From: Saccostrea cucullata
Lineage: Eukaryota
Length of the DNA: 64,000 bases
Assembly (NCBI RefSeq): GCF_032062105.1
Contig: NW_026924209.1
Span: 1-64,000 of the forward strand
Direction: 5' to 3'
Shown: positions 40,501-52,500 of the stretch, piece by piece
Position numbering within the stretch: the stretch's first letter is position 1
How the letters are laid out: each line of letters begins with the position of its first letter
The notes under the pieces: generated by a model
What the model was told of the DNA's origin: nothing
The model's database searches: none
What the model saw: only the letters and a program-made list of their open reading frames with translations
Position numbers and translations under genes: made by a program

Positions 40501-43500
40501 GTTCACCCTGGGATATAGTGTAAATTCTAAATTGTTAAAATCATGACCCCGGGAGAAGGACGGGGCCACAATAAAATCCAATTTTTTAATTGAAATATGT
40601 ACATGTAGGAACCAGAGAAGTTGTTATTAATTATGTTGAAGCAAGATTTTACATTCTCAAAAATATGGCTCCTGGGGTAGGGTTGGGTCACGATTGGTAT
40701 TAGAAAGGGAAAATCTAGTAGAAAAAAGCATGGCCAATTAAATTACCCCTTTTTAAAAAATATCACTGTACCAATTAATTAATCAATTAAGTGACCATCA
40801 TTTACATGTAGGATCTAATGATGGAAATCATGGCTTTATGTGGTAGAGTGCAACANNNNNNNNNNNNNNNNNNNNNNNNNNNNNNNNNNNNNNNNNNNNN
40901 NNNNNNNNNNNNNNNNNNNNNNNNNNNNNNNNNNNNNNNNNNNNNNNNNNNNNNNNNNNNNNNNNNNNNNNNNNNNNNNNNNNNNNNNNNNNNNNNNNNN
41001 NNNNNNNNNNNNNNNNNNNNNNNNNNNNNNNNNNNNTTCAGATCCTGGGACTATATAGGGAAAGTGTCGTTAAAGGAAGTCTTAAGCCCTGATAATGGAT
41101 AACAAATTTTTTATGTATGCATAGGATAAAAGTCTTAAAATCTGATTCTCAGAATCAATTGAGTCAAACATGTACATGTACTAATGTTGAAACATTTCTA
41201 TGTTACAAGGACATGTATGTAGATTCAGGAATTCCTCGGAGTTAGAGTTGTTGGGATACAATATTGGGATACATGTACATGAACAGGAAGGAATGATAGG
41301 ATAAAAAAACTTTATTTTTCGTGACAGGAAGTTGTGTTAATTCTACTTTTATCGTGGCATTTCAATGTTGCACAGATTCTGTAAACATCCTGTATTGATA
41401 AACCTTGTGGTTAAGGTTGTAAAAAAAATCAGAAATCATGCTCTACATAGTGCATGTACATGTATAATTAGAAACTAAGGAGGTCATCTTTCTTAAACAA
41501 AGGAATAACATTTTCCAAAAAACCGGAAACTTTTTTTCTTGAATGACATGACTGATACAGGAAATAAAACATTTCATTTTCAACATACTACTATTGACAC
41601 ATCCAAATGTTAGAAGTACATGTATGTAGATTCTATAACTATTAAGAGTTGTTTGGCTACAATATTGTGATACATGTACATAAACATGAAGAAATAAAGG
41701 ATATGAAACTTGTAAAATACGAAGTACATCAGGACATGGATTATTCCAATATATATTGTGTTCCCTACAGGTTTTTTTTTTTGTTTAAAATACAGATTAT
41801 TTTCTCTTACTCTCCTTTTTTCTTTTGTTATTTATAAGTAATCGTATTGACCCAATTTTTTTTATTTTCCGTATAACACACAGACACAAATGACAGATTA
41901 GTGCTAAAGCGAATCTTAAATGAATCTGAAGAATTTGTTCAATTTTGGAAAAACCATTGTAAGCAGAGAAACATACATCCTACTGACTGGTCTAATGGAG
42001 TCTGTGATGAAGAAGTCAGACGCTATTTCTCAGCGTATACAATTCTTTCGGGATACAAGAAAGGTAGACAAGAGTATATTTTACATAATGGATTATTTTA
42101 AGGATGTACAACACACCTATCCCCAAATATTCCTGTCGTTTAATTTTCGTTATTTTTGTATATTTAGTACATGACTATATCTACTGCATGTATGCACATT
42201 TTGGACAAAATCGTTCGAGTGGTTTTTGGACAGGAAATTCCAAAAGTTATCCCCCTTTAGTTGTTTACAAGGAGAGAAAATTTTTAATCAATGAACTACT
42301 TAAACCTTGATTTACAAAAAAGCCAGGTTAGATATAACTGTCAAATTTCATTGACTTATTCCTTTAACCATTTAACACAAAAACATCTTTTTGATATACA
42401 TATTAAAGACCTTAAACTGAAAAAACTATGAATTATCTAAGCCTTGTGAATTGTGTATTTTTCAAATTCAAAATTTTTTGGTGAAAAAACCTGTCATTTA
42501 ATTTTGGTAAAAAAACTTTCTAGGAGGTAGTAAAAATAATCTTCATAATTATTTGTATAATTTTTGTACGACCAGTTTTGATTTAATAGCGGAAAATTAC
42601 CCCCTCCTCATTTCTCAATAAATCACGTTCCCGCGCGTCTTTCAGACGGGGATCGATTACCTTGCTATGAATGTACAAATATACAATTGTCATTTAAAAA
42701 AAAAACAAATTCGAAGATTGATTTTGCTTAAAAAATGTATTAACTTACATATTTAAAAGTTCTATGTAAAGCGTATTTTAATGTAGACTTCTAGGCAATT
42801 TTTTAATACCCCTACCATCCCCACCCCTTCATTTTTCGTCGCAGACCATTAGCATTTGACGAGAAGTCGCTTACAGTGCAAATATACTAGTATTTCGTCA
42901 TTATGATTTGAATTCCGGAGGTATGAATTAGTTTTTAAACTCATAAATGCAGAATAAATATTGACTACTGGTTTTATATATATCAGGGGGAAAAATATAA
43001 GGGATTTTAGCGTTTAGCCCATATATGTATGCGTTATGCATTAAATATTACATGAAACCTGGATACGAATTCAATTTACGTATACGTTGAATTATTGATT
43101 TTTAATTTTATTTCTCTATTTTCTTAATAAAAAAAATTGGGTATGTTCGACTCTCCTGTGATGTAAATGGAATAATTATAGTTTCTTTCATGTCATTATT
43201 TCAAACGAGACAGTATGTGGCCGTGGGGATACATCGACATTTTAATATGTATGTACACCCCTCACGATATTACAAAGTAGGCATTTTTTCAATGTCGTTG
43301 CTTCTAAAGTTAAAATGAAAATTCCGTACTCGTCCACATTAACTTCGAAATATCAAACATTAAACTCTTCGTCTATTCTATTTTAATTTATATCAAATCG
43401 CACATTGATATTTTTAACAATCTTGTAGGCAACGTTTTGTTCTGATTCGAGGAAATGCGAACTGTTGACAGTGACAGAAAAGTCAAACGATTTGCTGCAA

Positions 43501-46500
43501 TAGGATATTCATAAATTCAGATAATTTCAATACTAGTAAACAATTCTTTTCAATTCTATACTTACATTGTGTGTATGACGTCTATAGGTATTCAATTCTC
43601 GGATTTATCAGGTCTTGCTGTAAATCACTAAATGTATCTGATTCTGTGTATGCGGAAAACCGTAAATAAAGGGATGCCGTCATTGCACAAATTATAATCC
43701 GTAATATCCGTCCGTCTGTTAAAGAAACGCTTTTGGGCTTTTACCGGGTTAATTAAAAAAAAAACATCTCTTTTCCGCATCGTTTTACATTTTCCTCTTA
43801 TACCACTGTATGAAATTTGATTAAACTTTCACAGAATCTTTACTACATATTGCCATTGTGCACCTTCTATTTTACTTTTTGATCCGACACATATTTTGGG
43901 TTTTCCATAGCAAAACATGGACACTGCCATTTAAACACATATGGGAGGCGGGGGTATCACTTAGTGAGCACATTGCTCACAGTACCTCTAGTTTTTTTTC
44001 AGCATTGAGTGACCCCTCAAATCAAAGCAATCAAGTTGACTTTAATTGGGTTAAAATCCCAAGATGCATGTCAGATTCGTTTTCGGCAAAATGCGTCTTT
44101 CTATACATGAAAATTATAGCGAAAGTATGGGGATTTCAGACTTCTTACTGGCTTTATAATACACAAAATTTATCTTCTTGATAAATTTCAATTGACAAGC
44201 TATTTTGTTAAGAAAGATACTCCTTATAACAAGTATGAGTCTCAGTTTAGTACATCTTCACAATTTTTATGCAAGTCTGCAAATTAAGGAACTTGTAATT
44301 TTTTCTGCACTGCTTTCTTCTCTTACCGATTCTAAAAAAAATATTTAGAAGGATGTACCTAAATATCATGAATTAAATACTTTTCAACAAGCTTTTAACT
44401 TATAAGAACTGAAGTAAACTGTATTCATTGTCTTTTATTTAAATTAATTTAAATATGCATCATTCCATTTAATTTTAGAAGTTTTGCAATTGCCTTTAAA
44501 CAAGTCAAAATGGAGCATACTTATACTCATTTTGCTGTCTGAGAAGTATAGCATTTTATGTGAAGAGAAATTGTTGAAAGAGAAAGTCGAACGAATACAA
44601 CAGAACTTTTTGACACCGAGTGGTTCACATGATATAATATCTGATTATACGTTGTGTATACAAGAATTCATAGACAAGGATAAAATACTGACAATAAATA
44701 GAGAGAATACACTAGAGTTTATATCAGAGGATATCCGCCATCAGGTGATGGGATACTTTGTTCTGAACTGTTTAAAATCTAATGAGGATTACAAGAACTA
44801 TTTCAAATTATCATCATTTGACTCGGTGTTTGATTATGTCCGTACCATAGACTATGTACAGGTCGAGGGGGTAAAAGTAAGAAGATTTTCATACTTACAT
44901 AAGGAAATGAAGGATTCCTTTGTAAGAGAGTCTGGAAGAAAATATAGAGGTAAAGGAGAAAGATGCTTATACTTACCAACAGAAATGGAGGAGACCTTTG
45001 TAAGAGAGTCTGGAATTGACATCTTACGACACGTCACAGTAGCAGAAGAAAGGATAAAAGATTTGGTGCTTAATATGTGTAAGTTTTTCATAGAAGCTTT
45101 TATAAAAAGGTTTCGATTTCTTAGCAAAATTCTTCAAATGATTAAAATTATTCCTAAAGAATTCTATCTGTCACAAAAGAAACGATTCATACATACCCTA
45201 CTTTGTTCTATGTTTGCTTTTGACAAATATAGACATATGTTGAAATGTCATTTGATGCAATGAAAAAATAAGGAGATAAAACAATACAAAAACAGGAGAA
45301 GAGCAAACAGGGACCTCCAAAACATCAGAGGTGGGATCAGGTGCCATGGAGGAGTGAGCATCCCCTGCTGACCGGTCACACCCGCTGTGTGCTCCCCGTC
45401 ACGATTGGGAAACAACGGGAAAATCCGTCGTCAATTCAGTGTACGAGGGGTGTTAGAAAAGTTCGCGCTCGAAAAGTTAGAAAAGAAATTTGTGATATTT
45501 TACCTGTCGCAAAAGTATTTATGAATCGTCTTTAGGAGAAATTTTGAATTAAATTGGAGGGTATACAGTGTATGACTGTTTAAGAGCCATTTATAAATGA
45601 TCAATGCGTAAAAACACAGCCAAAATTCGGAACGTTATTGAGCATCATGGAACACTACACTAGGTAAAAATATGTGTGGAGACAGGAAAATGTCTAAAAT
45701 GAGATTAAAATGTTCAAGATGCTGCCGGGAATTTCCTACACATACAAATGACAAAAGTTTTCAAATGCCTGTAGCTTCATGAGAATGTTAGGATTAAAAT
45801 TTTGAATGATTAATTCCATCGATACCTCAATACCCCTTATTGCTTGGACGTTGTGCCTATATGGTTTTGCATAGTTTCCATACCTGATCGATTAACTGCC
45901 TCTATTAGACTTTTTAAAAAAAAGATCTCAATAATATTCGAATCAGTACAAAAGACATTTTAGTAGAAAAGTAACATGTCTTGATATGGATATTCAATTA
46001 TAAAGTAGAAAACAAATAAGGAAAATCCGAAAAAAATGAAAGACTTAATGAACTGCAACAAAGCTTAACGGGTAGAAATCTCGTTGTCACCACGCCTTAC
46101 GCCATGTGATTGCTCCGTGAATCCCATAACATCATAGTAAAAGTCCTTGTAAATTTTCATAATTTTAGTAAAGGGATCTGATTTTTTACATACTAATAAC
46201 CAAAATGTAGGAATTCATACAGACATATGTCATACTTCACAGTACACAATAGAGTTATCGTAATTCAATGTGTCCGCGAATTTTCATGACAACCCTCGTA
46301 TAAATAATGGACTAACAATTGGTATGAAAAACGTCAGTCAGCATTTGACTCAATGATAAATTGTATGTGCTGACATAGAACTTTTGAAATGATGACTTTA
46401 AACGAGACTGCTGCTGATCGTTATTCTTGTTTTATCAACTTGTTTGTCAATAATTTACCTCGATTTAGAAATTGTTCATACGCAGAGCAAGCTCTTGCGT

Positions 46501-49500
46501 ATATATATAAGAAAAAAATGTCTGGAATAGTATACATTTTTTGCCTATTTGTGTTATAACTGATTAAAATTATGATTTTCTAAGATATTATGTAATTATA
46601 AATCTTCTTTGGTGTTCAGAAGTATTTGTAGCCATCGTTATTGATCTCGATAAATTTTTATCACTGGAATTTCATTATTGTGAAACTCTGAATGAAAAAT
46701 TAAATACTACGCCGTTAATTTTTTTTTTAATCATAGAAAACAGGATTCAAATTGTAAATTTGTTTGACAGAAGTTTGTTTGTCCTTAAATGATCTTTTCA
46801 GAAGATATAATCAATAAAAACAAATAAATTCTTTATGCTGGTAAGTTTAATTTCTGTTCATTTTTTTTCTTTACTTTTACGTCTTAATTACTTTATGCTT
46901 TATTTTAAGTGATTTAATGTTTAAGTTCTTAAAGGCTATTGACAGAAACACTTTTGTTTTCATTCTTTCAGTAAATATTCCAAGGGAAATTCTTAGATGG
47001 GACTACGATGCAAGGTGCAGGTATGTAGAATGTGCAAAGAAAGGGACGCAAACGATCCACAGGGCCCGTGCTATGATTGTAGGTTGTGCTGGTGCTGGAA
47101 AAACTACCCTGCTAAAACGACTACAGAAGAGATCTCTTGATGAATTACGACAGGTTCAAAGTACAATAGGCCTAGAAGTGCATGAAGATTTATTTGGAAT
47201 TTTTGAAGAGAAATATTTTCTAAAGGGTAATTTAATATAAATATGTATTATCTTCATTCAAAATGAAGAAGAAAAATGTAAATTTAAATAATATTCTTTG
47301 GCCCTCTCCTGGTTCCAAAAAAAAAAACGTTTTTACATTATGGGATATTTTTTCTTTCGATTCCTCTCATCCAGTCAACAAATATCTTGAAATTTCTGAT
47401 AAATATTAATCTCCAGGAGGGCAAGCAATTATTATTTTTAAAATGGTCTATTATATCATAATATGATCTACATACATCTTTTTAAGATCTACCGATATAG
47501 CATAATTACTTTATTTGTCAATTTTGGTATAGCTATTGATGTCTGGAATTTTGAATATTGATTTGGGTTCAGATCTTTCCATTCCAATATCTAGAGATAT
47601 TGAACCCTTTATATAAAATCATAAATTAATAAATATCAGATATATAAATTAAATTGACACAAGATAACATAAGGAAAGACGTACAAACTTTGAATATATT
47701 TTATCAAAACTTTTATATATCATTCGATGAAGAAACAATACTATTGATCAATTAAAATATTTACATTTGCAAATATCTTACTTAGAAAAACATATTGAAG
47801 AGAAAATACGTTCAATTCTGATTGAATTTCATTTTGGGGTCAGAAGTCATAGCGCGACCGGATCACAGAGCGATGAGATATTTTGGCCACAGAGCAATAC
47901 GTTGGCGCGTTCGTGTAATAAATACAATTAAACTCGAAATTTATTCGTTTCAAATGTAAAAAATATAAATAATAAACCACAATGTTAAAAAGTTCACTGG
48001 GAAATGATCTTTTAGTTGGTACGTGATCAAATCTACTGAGAAGCCCTTCGAGCTTCACAGGATTTGATCACGTGACCAACTAAAAGTTCATTTCCCTGAG
48101 AACTTTTTAACATTGTTGTTTATTTCTTAAATGATATACTACTGACAAATTACAAATAATAGACTATCTATCAATGACGAATAATAAAAAATTCTTTCTA
48201 TCACAATCACAATCTTTCTATCATAATCACAAATATATTTCCTAACTATATGATGGAAACTTTCAATGTGAGTTGAGGTTTCAACCAGAATTTAAGAATG
48301 TTACACAACAGAACTTTTTTCTCCTAGGGTCAGGTTTTCTGTATGAATATTTGCTTGAATAAATATCTTGTAATTCATGTAACAACTCTAAGAAAGTGAA
48401 GGAACCCTCTCTGAGTATTTCATTTTAGTATTGTTACAATGAGGGCATGTTAATCCATTCTCCTTATTAACATATAACTTTTACATGTCTCCGCATTTTT
48501 AATGTTTTATTATTTTCTAATAAATTATGAAATGCAAAAAAAATCAATCTATTGCTTTTCAATATACGCAATAAATTTTATGTTAGAATAAACCAGAAAT
48601 TTGCTGAAATGTATGATGCAAATGTTTTCTACAAACATTTCTACAAAATTTAGCCGTTACAGAAGAAGCAGATAAAGAAGGGAAACAACTGTTGAGTGTC
48701 ATGGATTTCGGAGGCCAGTGTGCCTACTACGCCTGCCATCAGGTGTATCTCAGCAGGAGGGCTTTCTATCTGCTGGTGATAGATATGTCAAAATCATTTG
48801 GTGGAAAAGTTGACCCAGCACTGTGTGAACAAGAGGGAACTATGTTTGCTGATTGGACATATGGAGGTAAGAGACAAATATTTCTCCAATCAAATTTATG
48901 ACCCCATTGAAAAAGAAAACACAGTGCTTTGCACTTGTCGGTGGGTATTTCGGTCGGTAGATCAAGTATTATCCACTTGATATTTTGATAAACCTTCGGT
49001 TGACAGACATCAAAACTTGAACACTTGTACTAAGGAGTTTGAGGTCACAAGGGTAAAAGTCAAAGTGGAAATATCAAGACACTAATTGCTTATCATCTGA
49101 CGAACCCTTTGCTTGACAGGCAGGTTTGTTGGTTTCGATTGAGAAGTAAATGACCACTGTAGATTGTTCGGTCATAAGTGAATGTGCAAAAGTCAAGTTT
49201 GACGAATAGCAAAAAAATGAGCACTCAAAATTTTCAATACCCTTTGCTTGATACACATAGAACTTTCTACATGTTTTCCTAGCGAATAAATGACAATTGT
49301 GGATTTACAAGTCACAATAATGCCAATCGCCAAGGATTAAAAAGGACATAGAAAAATATTGACTCATCAATATTTGAAAAACCTTGCAAAAAGTTTTGGT
49401 TTCGCGTGGTTAGATCTAGAGTAGCATATTAAGAAGTTGATCTCGTCGTTGGTTCGAATACCACTGCAGGAGATTGAGACCGGTCATAATCAGCAGACTT

Positions 49501-52500
49501 TTCTGAATGAGAGTAGAAAAGAAAGTCCATTAATAGGCCTTTAGAGTCTACACAAAGCATGCACTATATGCATATCAGCATACATGTACGACACACAAAA
49601 AATGAGAACTTCCTCAAATAGTGTGCTTATAAAACCCAGAGACACTTAAGTTTTTTTGTCAATCATTTTTTGAACCTAAGTCATCAATAAAATATATATA
49701 CATTTGTGGTATCTTTCCATTATATAAACACACAGAGAGCAACTATCTTCAATTTTTATGAAGTTTGTCGGAGGTCAGTGGTCATTACATTTCCGAATCA
49801 CACGGTGCAATAATATCTACCGGTACATAAATATCAAATGGCTTGCTCTACTTGCTTTTCATGTATAAAAAAAATGAACAACATAAGCAAGTAATAATTG
49901 TTTAATTTAAAACGTTAACAAATAATTTATACATTTTTCTCGGTCGATTTAACCTGTGTACATAGAGAATACTATCTTCAATTTTTATGAAGTTTGTCGA
50001 AAGTCAGTGGTCATTGCATTTCCAAATCACACGGTGCAATAATATCTACCGATACATATATATCAAATGACTTGCTCTACTTGCTTTTCATGTATACAAA
50101 AATGAACAACATATTATAAGCATGTAATATAATTGTTTAATTTAAAACATTAACTAGTAATTTATACAATTTTCTCGGTCGATTTCACCTGTGTACATAG
50201 AGAATACATTTGCATACCGATAAACATTAGCCCTAGCCTTTGTTTATAAGTTTTTTTTTCACCTTTGAAGTTTTGTCAGCTGCACAGTCTCTAACGTTTA
50301 TCTTTATTTTTTGGTAGACCTTAAGTTAAATCTTCATAAGATAGCCTAAACTATAATTTTTTAATAAAATTCTACACACGATAAATGTGTAAATCTGTTT
50401 CTTGTGTCTTTACAGCATTAATTATCAATTTTCACAAATAAAAATATTCCCAGACAACAATTTGTTCATTATTACTGATCACAAAAAGCCTTTAACAAAA
50501 CATTCTCTTCGAAATAGTATCCTTAGTATGACGAATTCGAAGCGTAACCGCGATTCAAGCCGATTTACACCTTTAGTACTTTTGTTGGAAATCTACGGCG
50601 ACCGGTAATTTATAAGTGCAATATTTATATCCGCACATATTTAATTGTCAATCTCAAATGTATATATAAGTAATAAATAACAAGTTTATAAACTTCAATG
50701 GGAATTGAAGTGGGTCGGTACGTAATCAAATCTTCTGAGAAGGCCATCAGCCAATGTCTTGCCTTCGGCCTTCTCAGAAGATTTGATAAAGTACCGACCA
50801 ATTTCAATTCCCTTTGAAGTTTATAAACTTGCTTTTTATTACTTATATATGCATTTGAGACAAACGATTGAATACTTTCGAACATAAATTATTGCACTAA
50901 CCTTCCGTCGTAGACTTTCAAAAATGACGCAAGGTGTAAATCGGCTTGAATGGCGATTACGCTTCGAATTCAGCAGGCTAAGGATTTTATTTCTAAGGGA
51001 ATATCTTGTTAATGGCTACCTGTGATCAGTAATAGTGAACAAACTGTTGTCTAGGAATATTTCCATTCGTGAAAGTTGATAATTGATGCTGAAAACAAAA
51101 GACACAAGAAACACGTCCGAAGATCGATGATAAAAAGTTGGAAAAAATTCGGTCGCCAGAAAAGGATGGATGATCCGATGGATGGAAACACTTGACAGTG
51201 CCATTTAATTTGCAATCAAGTATTTAAGATCTAAAACATTTAACCTACGATATCAATGACTAAAGGCATATTCATGATGTAAACAAGACACGGGGACACT
51301 AGCGAAAACTTGCATTGAACTACGACAGCGCCGAGGTGTTTGTCAGCTGTTCGTTGCTTGATTGCAATGCTTTGATATTTTCCGACAGATTTACACATTT
51401 TTCGTGAGTAGAATTTGATGAAGAAATTATAGTTTATCATGAAGATTTAACCAGAAGACTACCAAAAAAAAAAAAACAAGGATAATCGTTAGAGACTGTA
51501 CAGCTGAAAAAAATGACATAAAACCTATCAACAAAAGCTATAGTTCTATCAGTATATTCTTTATGTATACACTGGTTAATTAGATAGCCAAAAAAAAAAC
51601 TGTATAAAATACTTGTTAATGTTGTTAATAAAATAATTATTTTTTCACTTGCATATTTTGTTCATTTTTATACATGAAATGTAAGTAGAGCAAGTCATTT
51701 TATATCTATGCACAGGTAGATATGAGTGCGCCGTGTGATTAGGTCACGTATTGAACTCTGACCTCAGACAAACTTCATACAGAATTGACGATATTTGTTC
51801 TCCGTATGTTTATAAAATAGATAGATACCACAACTATATATATATTTCCTATTGAAGTTTATAAACTTGTTAATTAATTCTTAAATAAACTGATGAATAC
51901 ACATTTTCAATTCCACATTTTCAAATGAAATAAATATCTCTATTGTAGATTCTTTACGTTAGTATGAAACCTTTGTTAACTTCTGTCAGAATTGTTTATT
52001 GCACAGAATACCTTCTGTTTTGGCTGAAGTCCGTCCACACCTATTGTGATAGTGATGCTCCTGTAATGATTGTTGGAACGCATCTGGATAGAGTTAAAGA
52101 ACAGGTATTTTTTTTCAAATTATATAATGAATTGAACTACTTGAATAGGAATTATCATTTAGAAGATGAAACATTTACACTCCTTGGTTTTAAAGTCAAA
52201 ACTCATCGCCATACTTCACTTAACTATTTCTGTAATACATATCTTGTAGAATTCTGATACGTTCTACAACAGAGTTTTGGATCAACTCCATTTCAACAAA
52301 CATTTGAGAACACACTTGGACAGAACGAGATGCTTTGTTTTAGGATATCAGACAGATGGCGCATGTTGCAATGATTCACTCTCAGAACTGGAGAAGTGTA
52401 TTGTTGCTATAGCCAAAGAAGATAAATGGAAGGAATCTGTCCCCACTGACTGGGCTCTGTGCGAAGTTGTTGTTCGAGAAAACAGAAGACGAGAAAGAAG

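Noticed and set aside
40818-41102. ORFs spanning 40818-41102
   Set aside because: Artefacts of the N gap
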